A DNA stretch of 62,455 bases, filler included. It is 4 parts of 4 records of this genome, joined end to end, with 100 filler letters (N's around TTAATTAATTAA, not from the genome) between each part and the next. Parts side by side here need not be neighbours in the genome. Positions count along the whole stretch, not along the records: positions 41,603 to 54,751 come from DRR723986_13559; positions 54,852 to 62,455 come from DRR723986_13575; 2 more parts are not named here. One strand, written 5' to 3'. Below are positions 46,939 to 56,086 of the stretch, in pieces. The position numbers and the translations under genes are program-made. Within the stretch, counting starts at the first letter, position 1, and each line of letters opens with the position of its first letter. The notes under the pieces were generated by a model, which was given only the letters and a program-made list of their open reading frames with translations, was not told the origin of the DNA and made no database searches.

Positions 46939-47853
46939 TTAATCTTCCAGCAGCAAATCCCGCAGAGCTGCATCAACATCGGAAAACTTGAATTTGAAGC
47001 CGTGGTTCTCCAACGAGTCCGGGTGAATGTGCTGGCCACCGAGTAGAAAGTCGGCCGACTCCCCCAGTACAAGCTTGAGCGCAAAACCGGGAACGGGCAA
47101 CCAGGATGGACGGTGTAAGACTTTTCCGAGGGCGTCACCAAAATGCGCCATGCGCACATTGCCGGGTGCGACCACGTTGTACGGCCCCTCCAGTGGATGA
47201 TCCAATGGAAAAGCTATCGCGCCAATCACGTCATCAAGGTGAATCCATGCAAACCACTGGCGGCCACTGGCAAATGGCCCGCCGGCACCAAGCTTGTAAA
47301 TCGGCACCATCTTTTCGAGCGCACCGCCACCGGGTTCCAGGACAATGCCGATGCGCGGGTTGGCAACACGTACGCCATATTCGTGCGCACGCTGCGCTTC
47401 ATCTTCCCAGTCTTTACACAGCTGCGCCAGGAAGTCAGGTCCGGCGGCGGCATTTTCGTCTTTGTGCTCATCGCCGGTGTCGCCGTAGTAACCAATTGCC
47501 GAGGCAGAAATCAGGACGCGCGGCGGCACAGCCGCCTGCGCAATCGCATCAACTATTAAACGGGTCGTGACGATGCGACTATCGTAGATTTCGCGCTTGA
47601 TGGCTTCGGTCCAGCGTTCATCAAAAATGCCTTTACCGGCCAGGTGAATTACAGCGTCAGCGCCATTGATTGACTGCATCCAGTCGCCGGCAGCATCCGG
47701 CGTCCACTCTACCAACTGAACGCCATCACCCGCCAAATTTTTGTGACGAGCCGCAGAACGGGTCAGCAGAAGCAATTCATGGCCGGCAGCCAGGAGCAGC
47801 GGGCAAAGTCTTTTACCAATAAAACCGGTGCCGCCACTAATTACGATTCGCAT
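46939..47853 (-). CDS. TIGR01777/YfcH-family NAD(P)-binding epimerase-like protein
   Basis: SGGTGFIG, HLAG, SASAIGYYG, LCKDWE and WIHLDD motifs. Confidence 0.9.
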   Translation of the reverse strand: MRIVISGGTGFIGKRLCPLLLAAGHELLLLTRSAARHKNLAGDGVQLVEWTPDAAGDWMQSINGADAVIHLAGKGIFDERWTEAIKREIYDSRIVTTRLIVDAIAQAAVPPRVLISASAIGYYGDTGDEHKDENAAAGPDFLAQLCKDWEDEAQRAHEYGVRVANPRIGIVLEPGGGALEKMVPIYKLGAGGPFASGRQWFAWIHLDDVIGAIAFPLDHPLEGPYNVVAPGNVRMAHFGDALGKVLHRPSWLPVPGFALKLVLGESADFLLGGQHIHPDSLENHGFKFKFSDVDAALRDLLLED

Positions 47854-47895
47854 ATGTTTTGCCTTTCTCTACTGCTACTGAAATCTGGAGCCGGT

Positions 47896-49470
47896 TCAAT
47901 AGTTGTCGTCGTCGTACTCATCGTCGGATTCATCAACATCGTCGCTGCTGTAGGTGAACATGCTGCGCAGCATGTCGCTGAACATTGAACCGCCATTGCT
48001 GCCAAAAAACTGTTTGCTGAGCATCGAGAATTCGGCCAGGCCGTGCAGTACAAACTCCATCAGGAAAAGTGTTTCCTGCTCATCGGCGGCAGGATGGTAC
48101 TTTTTGACCAGCGCGCGCAGGCCGCTGACTGAATCGAGCCTTTTTTGATATTCATCTTCGGCCAGCTCCGTCGGCAATTCCAGGGAGGTGCCGTTTGAGA
48201 ACCAGGCGACAACGGTCGAATATGGATTCCCTTCCGCGCCGCTACTTGAATGTTCCTGGCTTTTGCGTTTACCCTTGCGTTTGTTTTTCTCGGGGTCGGG
48301 AAACAGATCGGTAAACAAGGCTCGCACGGCTTTGCCAATCAGAATATGGGCAACCTTGGCCGAACCTTCCTGCTCACCCTCATAGACCAGCTCAACCTTG
48401 CCGGTGATGGATGGAATCACACCAACCAGATCGGACATGCGCACCTGTGCACGCGAATGCCCGGCAATCAGAGCGCGACGCTCCACTGAAGACACGAGAT
48501 TTTCATATGCCGAGATTGTCAGGCGGGCTGAGACACCGCTTTTTTCATCTACGTATTCACTTTCACGAGCGGCAAACGCCAGTTGTTCGATCAGCGTTTT
48601 GATGTGGTCGTTAACACCAACGCGTTCCACCTGCGCCGGTGTGATATCAGCTTCCTGCGCCGTAATCGCACGCGCATCGCCGATGTCACGCGGGTAATGT
48701 GTTAGAATCTGACTGTCGATCCGGTCTTTGAGCGGCGTGACGATCGAGCCACGATTCGTATAGTCTTCCGGATTGGCAGTAAACACAAATTGCAGGTCGA
48801 GCGGAAAACGCATCGCAAATCCGCGAATCTGAATGTCACCTTCCTGCAGGATGTTAAACAGCGCCACCTGGATGCGCGCCTGCAGGTCGGGAAGCTCATT
48901 AATCACAAATATCCCGCGGTGCGAACGCGGCACCAGCCCAAAGTGAATCACGCGCTCATCCGAATACGGCAGACGCAGGTTGGCCGCTTTAATCGGGTCA
49001 ACATCACCAATCAGATCGGCAACCGTCACATCCGGCGTCGCCAGCTTCTCACTGAAGCGCTCCGAGCGATGCAGCCAGCAGATTGGTGTCTCGTCGCCGG
49101 ATTCGGCGATGATGTCACGTGCCTGACGCGAGAGCGGCCGCAGCGGATCGTCATTGATCTCTGAACCCTCAACCACTGGGATATACTCGTCCAGCAGGTT
49201 AATCATCGAACGGGCAATGCGCGTTTTAGCCTGCCCGCGCAGGCCAAGCAGAATGATGTTGTGCCGTGAGAGGATTGCGCGCTCGATGTCCGGCAGAACC
49301 GAATCGTCATAACCGACAATGCCGTGGAAGAGTTTTTTGCCCGCTGCCAAACCTTCAATCAGGTTGGCGCGCATCTCCTCTTTGACTGAATAGGGCTTGT
49401 ATCCAGCTTCCTTAAGTTGACCCAAAGTGCTGATAGAGTCGCGTTTAGCAATGATTGAATGGTTTGTCAT
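47896..49470 (-). CDS. Mg-chelatase-like AAA+ ATPase
   Basis: Variant Walker A GLRGQAKT, EKLATPD, INELPDL, FTANPEDYTNRG and LKDRI motifs. Start moved to ATG 49470. Confidence 0.85.
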   Translation of the reverse strand: MTNHSIIAKRDSISTLGQLKEAGYKPYSVKEEMRANLIEGLAAGKKLFHGIVGYDDSVLPDIERAILSRHNIILLGLRGQAKTRIARSMINLLDEYIPVVEGSEINDDPLRPLSRQARDIIAESGDETPICWLHRSERFSEKLATPDVTVADLIGDVDPIKAANLRLPYSDERVIHFGLVPRSHRGIFVINELPDLQARIQVALFNILQEGDIQIRGFAMRFPLDLQFVFTANPEDYTNRGSIVTPLKDRIDSQILTHYPRDIGDARAITAQEADITPAQVERVGVNDHIKTLIEQLAFAARESEYVDEKSGVSARLTISAYENLVSSVERRALIAGHSRAQVRMSDLVGVIPSITGKVELVYEGEQEGSAKVAHILIGKAVRALFTDLFPDPEKNKRKGKRKSQEHSSSGAEGNPYSTVVAWFSNGTSLELPTELAEDEYQKRLDSVSGLRALVKKYHPAADEQETLFLMEFVLHGLAEFSMLSKQFFGSNGGSMFSDMLRSMFTYSSDDVDESDDEYDDDNY

Positions 49471-49536
49471 GAAGGCTCTTTCGTCAAGATTCTTGCTAAA
49501 GGATTTTGCAGGAGAATGCCGGAACACTCGGAGTCA

Positions 49537-50634
49537 TTAGCGGGTGCGCCGACGCCGATTGCGGACATAGTCTTCAAAGATGAACTCGCCCAGCCCTTCC
49601 AGGCTGGTATAGAAAGCTTTACCCTGATTTGTTTGCGTAAAGTCGCGCACAAAGGCCTGCAGGTAAGGATCCCTTGCCACCATAAAAGTTGTAATCGGAA
49701 TGCGCAGGCGGCGGCAGTTGGCTGCCAGATTGAGTGTTTTGTTCACGATTTTCCGATCGAGACCAAAGCTGTTTTTGTAGTACTTAATGCCCTCTTTCAG
49801 GCAGGTCGGTTTGCCGTCGGTGATCATGAAAATCTGCTTGTTCGCACTTTTGCGGCGGCGCAGGATGTCCATGCCCAACTCAAGGCCGGCGACGGTGTTG
49901 GTGTGGTACGGCCCAACCTGCAGGTAGGGCAAGTCTTTGATTTCTACCTGCCAGGCATCATTGCCAAACACCACAATGTCGAGTGTATCCTTGGGATACT
50001 GCGTCGTTATCAACTCAGCCAAAGCCATCGCGACTTTTTTGGCGGGTGTGATGCGGTCTTCGCCATACAGAATCATTGAGTGCGAAATGTCAATCATGAG
50101 CACCGTTGAGGTGTAAGACTTATGCTCGCGCTCATTAACCTCCAGGTCGTCTTCCGTCAAGCGGAAGTTATTCAGTCCGTGATTGATCTGCGCGTTGCGC
50201 AGTGAATCTGTCATGTCGATCTGTTCGAGCGTATCTCCAAACTGATAGCTGCGGCGCTCACTCGTCGGCTCATCACCGGTACCGGCAAAGGGCGTGTTGT
50301 GATTGCCGAGCGATGACTTGCGCAGACTGTTGAATATCTCATCCAGCGCGCGACGGCGCACGGTGCGCTCGGACTTGGGCGTGATGACCATGCCGTCGCC
50401 GTTTTCGTTGCTGCTGATATAACCTTTTTCCTGCAGATCGCGAATGAAGTCGCCCATGCCGTATTCGTCATTCGTCAGGTCGTACTCGCGATCCATCACG
50501 TTAAGCCAATGCAGGGCTTCGCCGACGTCACCGGAGGTGTGCACAAGCAGCTGCATAAACACGTTCAGCAGCGTATCAAAGGAGGCTTCCTCGATGGGCG
50601 GCGGAACAAATTTGCTGAAACGATAAGCCGGCAT
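49537..50634 (-). CDS. vWA-domain protein
   Basis: MIDAS motif DISHS, TNT and ITDG. Confidence 0.88.
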   Translation of the reverse strand: MPAYRFSKFVPPPIEEASFDTLLNVFMQLLVHTSGDVGEALHWLNVMDREYDLTNDEYGMGDFIRDLQEKGYISSNENGDGMVITPKSERTVRRRALDEIFNSLRKSSLGNHNTPFAGTGDEPTSERRSYQFGDTLEQIDMTDSLRNAQINHGLNNFRLTEDDLEVNEREHKSYTSTVLMIDISHSMILYGEDRITPAKKVAMALAELITTQYPKDTLDIVVFGNDAWQVEIKDLPYLQVGPYHTNTVAGLELGMDILRRRKSANKQIFMITDGKPTCLKEGIKYYKNSFGLDRKIVNKTLNLAANCRRLRIPITTFMVARDPYLQAFVRDFTQTNQGKAFYTSLEGLGEFIFEDYVRNRRRRTR

Positions 50635-50648
50635 GTCTTTTTCCGATC

Positions 50649-51965
50649 TCAGGTTTTTTGCTTTTTCTTCTTGGCTGCGGGAAAGAGAATGTTGTTCAGA
50701 ATCAGACGGTAACCAGGTGAATTTTTGTGCAATGAGAGGTCAGTTGGCGGATCACCTACGGCGTGACGGTAGTCTTCAGGGTCGTGACCGGCATACCAGG
50801 TAAAGGTGCCGCGTCCAAATTTGCCGTGGATGTATTTGACCTGATCGGTTCCGGCGCGTTCACCCAGTACGGTAACTGATTTTTTGAGGTACTGCTGGCG
50901 GAAAGCCGTCGTCTGGCCCAGGAAACCGCGCACCACGTTTACATGGCACTGCGTCAGCATCGTTGGAACAGGGTCATACTTGGCAGAGAACTCAAAGAGC
51001 GTGAAATAATCGGTGTCTTGCGTGGCCAGCAAAGCATTCGGATTGACGTCAATATTCGAATACTCGTACTGGTAGGGATCCATGATCAGCTTGAAGTCTT
51101 CAAACGCAAAGGTGCGCGAGTAGTCCAGACGTCCGTTGGCGCCGGCATCGGCCGGATCACCGTCGTACATTTCAGCGGCAATGTCGATGTTCGCGGCGGC
51201 CTGTGCAATGTCGTAAGTATCCGTGGCGCTACACATCGCAAACATAAATCCACCGTTGCCGATATATGCACGGATTTTTTCTACGACGGCTTTTTTGAGT
51301 TCAGACACCTTGCGGAAACCGAGCTTGGAAGCCGTGGCCTCCAGCAATGACACCTGCTGAATATACCAGGGTGCATTTGCAAAAGACGCGTAGAACTTGC
51401 CGTACTGCCCGGTGAAGTCCTCATGGTGCAGGTGCAGCCAGTCGTACTCGGCAAGTGTATCGTTTATAACTTCTTCATCCCAAATTTCTTCGTAGGGAAT
51501 CTCAGCGTATTCCATGGCCATCGTCACGGCATCATCCCAGGGCTGTGAACCCGGCGGCGTGTACACGGCAATACGCGGTTCTTTTTCGAGGCGCACCACG
51601 TCGGTATTCCGGTCTTCGCTCTGCACATCGGCGTAAATCTGGGCGGCGCCGGCGCCGGACACCGTTTCAAAACTGACACCACGCAGGCGACATTCGGCGA
51701 CGACTTTATCGGAGTTACCCATTAAAAAACTGCCGCCGCGATAGTTCAGCAGCCAGTCCACGTCAATCTTTTCGGTGAGCGCCTTAAAGGCGATACCGTA
51801 GGCTTTGAGGTGGTCTGTCTGTGCGCGGTCCATTGGGATTAAGATTTTTTGTGCAGAGGCGCCAGCCGGGACAAACAAGAAGGCTGCCCCTAAACACGCC
51901 AGTAAAAGTGTCGTTCTGCCAACGCGTGCCAATGCCATGTCGGCGATCTTTATCGTTTTCTTCAT
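50649..51965 (-). CDS. Conserved exported FCB-group protein with a class I glutamine-amidotransferase-like segment
   Basis: Signal peptide ASA-Q; HLKAYG, WLLNYRGGSF, WLHLHHEDFTGQYGKF, GGFMFAMCSA and GHDPEDY motifs. Alternative start at 51938. Confidence 0.65.
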   Translation of the reverse strand: MKKTIKIADMALARVGRTTLLLACLGAAFLFVPAGASAQKILIPMDRAQTDHLKAYGIAFKALTEKIDVDWLLNYRGGSFLMGNSDKVVAECRLRGVSFETVSGAGAAQIYADVQSEDRNTDVVRLEKEPRIAVYTPPGSQPWDDAVTMAMEYAEIPYEEIWDEEVINDTLAEYDWLHLHHEDFTGQYGKFYASFANAPWYIQQVSLLEATASKLGFRKVSELKKAVVEKIRAYIGNGGFMFAMCSATDTYDIAQAAANIDIAAEMYDGDPADAGANGRLDYSRTFAFEDFKLIMDPYQYEYSNIDVNPNALLATQDTDYFTLFEFSAKYDPVPTMLTQCHVNVVRGFLGQTTAFRQQYLKKSVTVLGERAGTDQVKYIHGKFGRGTFTWYAGHDPEDYRHAVGDPPTDLSLHKNSPGYRLILNNILFPAAKKKKQKT

Positions 51966-52417
51966 TGTTTCCTATGCCTTTGGACGCTCGGTGTTTTTTC
52001 TGATGTGAACGCAGCCGGGCCCTGCGCTCTGATGTGGACGAAAGATCAGCACCACGCTTGTAAACGGCTTGCTTATCTGTAACTGTGCATGCCATCCGGG
52101 TGTTCGAGCGCCGGAAAATCTGCGTTTAGCTTCGGACTTCTGCGATTTTCCTGCAACCGGCAGGGCTTGATTTACGTCTCTTGCGCCGGAGCGGCAAATC
52201 TTTACGCTGCACACAGGTGCGGCGGCAGAAGACTAACGCATCCACACAGCTAAAGTTTCCGGCGAAGCAACAGGGATGGATTTTCCCTCCGCACAGCGCT
52301 TCCGACCCAGCTGGAATACCCAGGGATTGCGAAAGATGTTCCCAATTCCACGCCCGGCTTTTCCGCGGCCTCTTCAGGTCCAATTCATGGTTAAGTCAAA
52401 GACAGGATTGTTTGCAC

Positions 52418-54541
52418 ATGGTTAGTTTGCAGTGTTTTCGGAGAGCGGCAGCCCTGGTCTGCCTTTTTATGAGCTTCTTGTTTGTCCCCGAGATTGCAGT
52501 GGCGCAGCCGGCGGGACAGAGTCAAACCGCTGAGCAGCAGGACTCAGGTGAACCCACAGTTCAGTGGGCCGCACGTGTGGTGAAAGCCACCTCGCAGTTT
52601 TATCGGCGCGGCATACACTCCTCGTTTCAGCTGCTGGGCAAGCCGAATTCGCTCTCATTTTTTGTGTACAGTGGCGTCCCCAACCCCTGCGCCTGGCATG
52701 CCGATCAGGCTACGGACGGCCTGGATCCGGACCTGGATCCGAATGCACGTGCCGTGCTGCGCGTCGGTTTTAAACAGGCGGTCAGCGCACAACAGGTTAT
52801 GGTTTTGGAAAGCCTGAACCCCGGCGCAGTTTCGCGCATCCAGATAATTGGCGTCAACGGCGAACGGCAGACGGTCTACGATGTTGAAGCCAAACAAACG
52901 CCATTCCGCTATCGCTACCTGAGCGTGTTTTTTGACGCGCCGGATTTCAAGGTCAAACAAGTAGAAATTGACGTAGAAACCGGCAAGGTGCCAGGCTGGA
53001 ATGCGATTGATGCGATAGCGCTCGGCACCACGCGCGACAGCATTCAGCCCAAAATCAACCTACCGGAAATCGACGAATTTGAAGCGGTGCAGCCCGAGAA
53101 CCTCGGCGCGATGATCAACAGCGAACACGCTGAGCTGCTGCCAGTAATCTCGGCCGACGGCCGCACACTGTTCTTCTGCCGGCGCGATCACCCCGACAAT
53201 CTTGGCCCTGAAAAACACGAGGACATTTGGCGTTCAACATTGGGCGGCGGGGGCTTCTGGACTGAGGCTGAGGCGATGGCGCCGCCACTGAACAACGAGT
53301 ACTCCAACTTCCTGTGTTCAATGACGCCGGACGGCAATTCGATCTATCTCGGCAATGTCTACCGCCCGGATGCCGATCCGCTACCGGGTGTTTCGATGTC
53401 CTATCGCACAGGCGACGGCTGGTCCTACCCTGAGCGGCTGGAGATAGCCGGTTTCCACAACCGCGGGCGTTACGTGCAATATCAGGTTGGCAACGATGGC
53501 AAAACGCTGATTATGGCCCTGGAACGCAATGAATCTTACGGCGGCATGGACATTTATGTGAGCCGCAAGCTGGAAGACGAAACCTGGAGCCAGCCGATCA
53601 ATATCGGCTCCGCGGTCAACACTGCTGCCGATGAATCGACGGTTTTCCTGGCATCCGACAATCGCACAATTTATTTTTCGAGTTCCGGGCACAATGGATT
53701 TGGCCTGAACGATGTGTTCATGAGCCGCAGGCTCGACGACAGTTGGGTAAACTGGACTGAGCCTGTCAATCTGGGACCGACGGTCAACACGACCGGCTGG
53801 GACGGCAACTTCTCGATTCCGGCTTCGGGCCAGTACGCATATTTTGTGTCATCGGAGAACAGCTATGGTGCTGAAGATATCTTCCGCGTCAAACTGCCGC
53901 AGAGCATCCGCCCACGCCCCGTGGTTCTGGTGAGCGGCACGGTGCGCGACACACGCAGCGGCGAGGCACTTTCGGCACGGATTATCTACGAAGATATCGC
54001 GACAGGAAATGTGGTAGGTGAGGCTCACGGCGATCCGCTTACGGGCGAGTATCAGATAGCACTTCCAGAAGGTTCGATGTATGCCTTCCGCGCACAGGCG
54101 CCGAACTACTTTGCCGTCAACCAGAACCTGGACCTCAGCAGCCTGGAAGACTACAGTGAGTTAACCCGCGATCTGGAGCTGACACCAATCGAACGCGGCC
54201 AGACCGTACGGCTCAATAATATCTTTTTCGACACCGGCACTGCTGAGCTGCAGACTTCCTCCTATCCAGAGCTGCTGCGCGTTGTTGAGCTGCTCAGCAA
54301 CAATCCCAACATGACGATTACGGTTCGTGGCCACACGGACAACGTCGGCGAAGCGGGTGACAACATGGCACTTTCGCGTTCGCGCGCGGAGGCGGTGGCA
54401 AGCTATCTTATCAGTCAGGGCATTAGTGATGAGCGCCTGGCACGCGAAGGGTTTGGCGAGGAGCGTCCCGTTGGCGGAAATGAGTCGGCCGAGGGCCGCG
54501 AGAAGAACCGCCGCGTGGAATTCCACATCGACACTGAGTAG
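52418..54541 (+). CDS. PD40 repeats + carboxypeptidase-regulatory-like domain + OmpA C-terminal domain (PorE-like architecture)
   Basis: Signal peptide; PENLG..INS, PVISADG, LNNIFFD, GHTDNVG, LSRSRA and NRRVEF motifs. Start moved to ATG 52418. Confidence 0.85.
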   Translation: MVSLQCFRRAAALVCLFMSFLFVPEIAVAQPAGQSQTAEQQDSGEPTVQWAARVVKATSQFYRRGIHSSFQLLGKPNSLSFFVYSGVPNPCAWHADQATDGLDPDLDPNARAVLRVGFKQAVSAQQVMVLESLNPGAVSRIQIIGVNGERQTVYDVEAKQTPFRYRYLSVFFDAPDFKVKQVEIDVETGKVPGWNAIDAIALGTTRDSIQPKINLPEIDEFEAVQPENLGAMINSEHAELLPVISADGRTLFFCRRDHPDNLGPEKHEDIWRSTLGGGGFWTEAEAMAPPLNNEYSNFLCSMTPDGNSIYLGNVYRPDADPLPGVSMSYRTGDGWSYPERLEIAGFHNRGRYVQYQVGNDGKTLIMALERNESYGGMDIYVSRKLEDETWSQPINIGSAVNTAADESTVFLASDNRTIYFSSSGHNGFGLNDVFMSRRLDDSWVNWTEPVNLGPTVNTTGWDGNFSIPASGQYAYFVSSENSYGAEDIFRVKLPQSIRPRPVVLVSGTVRDTRSGEALSARIIYEDIATGNVVGEAHGDPLTGEYQIALPEGSMYAFRAQAPNYFAVNQNLDLSSLEDYSELTRDLELTPIERGQTVRLNNIFFDTGTAELQTSSYPELLRVVELLSNNPNMTITVRGHTDNVGEAGDNMALSRSRAEAVASYLISQGISDERLAREGFGEERPVGGNESAEGREKNRRVEFHIDTE

Positions 54542-54567
54542 CGCGCAGCCAAAGATATTCCAGATAC

Positions 54568-54602
54568 AAAACTCCCGACGAATTCTCGTCGGGAGTTTTT
54601 TT
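54568..54602 (+). terminator. Intrinsic terminator
   Basis: AAAACTCCCGACGA/TCGTCGGGAGTTTT stem followed by a T run. Confidence 0.88.
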
Positions 54603-54751
54603 GTGTTTGAAATGTTCGAGTGTGGGTTTGGGGTGGGAATTGGGTGGTTTGGAGTGCATGGGTTGAGAGTAAGCCTGGCACGGTTCTGATTGCAATAAGA
54701 AGCGATTGGGCGCACTTTTGCGTGATCAAAGGGGGCCGCCCCGCCGCCTCC

Positions 54752-54851
54752 NNNNNNNNNNNNNNNNNNNNNNNNNNNNNNNNNNNNNNNNNNNNTTAAT
54801 TAATTAANNNNNNNNNNNNNNNNNNNNNNNNNNNNNNNNNNNNNNNNNNNN
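54752..54851. other. Artificial contig linker 3
   Basis: 44 N + TTAATTAATTAA + 44 N. Confidence 0.97.
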
Positions 54852-54852
54852 G

Positions 54853-55236
54853 ACGGCCTATTGCATGATCCTCTATCTCACCGGCCTCAACGCGGTTGAT
54901 CCGGAGCAGATCGAGGCCGGACGCCTCGACGGCGCCAAGGGCTGGCGCATGCTCTGGTACATCATCGTGCCGCAGCTTCGCCCGGCCACCTTCATCGCCT
55001 TCGTCGTCACCATCATCGGCGCTTTGCGCTCTTTCGACCTGATTTCGGTCATGACCAACGGCGGACCCTTCGGCGCCAGCCGGGTGCTCAGCTTCTACAT
55101 GTTCGAGGTCGCACTCTCCGAATACGGCTTCCGCATGGGCTACGGCGCTGCCATTGCCGTGGTGCTGTTCCTGATCATGCTGGCCTTCATCGCCTACTTC
55201 CTCTGGTCGATGTACAAAGAAGAAAAGGCGCGCTGA
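54853..55236 (+). CDS. Carbohydrate ABC permease 1 (5' end cut by contig edge)
   Basis: EAA loop EQIEAGRLDGA; MTNGGP and GYGAAIAV motifs. Confidence 0.9.
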   Translation, partial: TAYCMILYLTGLNAVDPEQIEAGRLDGAKGWRMLWYIIVPQLRPATFIAFVVTIIGALRSFDLISVMTNGGPFGASRVLSFYMFEVALSEYGFRMGYGAAIAVVLFLIMLAFIAYFLWSMYKEEKAR

Positions 55237-55237
55237 C

Positions 55238-56086
55238 ATGTTCCCGACACCGATCGAACGCACGTCCCGCCCCTGGCAGATCACCTATCAGACGCTGCTT
55301 CCGCTGGCGCTGATCCTGTGGCTGCTGCCGCTGATCGCGGTCGCCATCTTTTCGGTCAAGCCGGATTCGGATTTCGCCAACGCAAACTACTGGGGCTGGC
55401 CGTCATCCTTCGAAGGCTTCACCAACTACGCGCTGGTCTTCACCGGCTCGGACATGCCGCAGTATTTGCTGAACTCGTTCAAGATCACCATTCCAACGGT
55501 GATCGGCGCGGTTGGCCTCTCGTGCATGACCGGCTTCGCCCTCGGCATCTACAAGTTCAAGGCCAATATCTGGCTCTTCTTCATGTTCGTGGCGGGCAAT
55601 TTTGTGCCGTTCCAGATCCTGATGGTGCCGGTGCGCGACCTGACCCTGCAGATGGGCCTCTACAACACCATCACCGGCCTGGTTCTGTTCCACATCGCCT
55701 TCCAGACCGGCTTCTGCACACTCTTCATGCGCAACTTCATCCGTGCTCTGCCGTTTGAGCTGATAGAGGCCGCGCGCGTTGAGGGCGTCTCCGAATGGCG
55801 GATCTTCTGGTACGTGGTACTGCCGCTGATGAAGCCGGCCATTGCCGCGCTGTCGGTGCTGATCTTCACCTTCATCTGGAACGACTATTTCTGGGCCGTG
55901 GTGCTGACCCAGGGCGTTGAAAGCCAGCCTGTCACCGCCGGCATCACGTCCTTCAACGCGCAATATCGTGCTGCCTACCACCTGATGAGCGCCGGTTCCA
56001 TCGTGGCCGCCCTGCCGCCTGTCGCCATGTTCTTCCTGATGCAGCGCCACTTTATTGCAGGCCTCACACTCGGAGCCGTGAAATGA
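55238..56086 (+). CDS. Carbohydrate ABC permease 2
   Basis: ELIEAARVEG, WNDYFW and FIAGLTLGAVK motifs. Confidence 0.92.
   Translation: MFPTPIERTSRPWQITYQTLLPLALILWLLPLIAVAIFSVKPDSDFANANYWGWPSSFEGFTNYALVFTGSDMPQYLLNSFKITIPTVIGAVGLSCMTGFALGIYKFKANIWLFFMFVAGNFVPFQILMVPVRDLTLQMGLYNTITGLVLFHIAFQTGFCTLFMRNFIRALPFELIEAARVEGVSEWRIFWYVVLPLMKPAIAALSVLIFTFIWNDYFWAVVLTQGVESQPVTAGITSFNAQYRAAYHLMSAGSIVAALPPVAMFFLMQRHFIAGLTLGAVK

Noticed and set aside
47896-49470. True Mg-chelatase, implying phototrophy
   Set aside because: Variant Walker motifs, a vWA partner of the non-photosynthetic type, and no bchH or other bch genes.
50649-51965. Asparagine synthetase B
   Set aside because: Has a signal peptide and lacks the N-terminal Cys Ntn domain and the SGGLDS motif.
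52181-52417. Long N-terminal extensions in the ORF track (here, and for hslV, addB, maf, secB, DM13, purF, lactonase)
   Set aside because: Downstream ATGs fit RBSs, signal peptides or family N-termini better.
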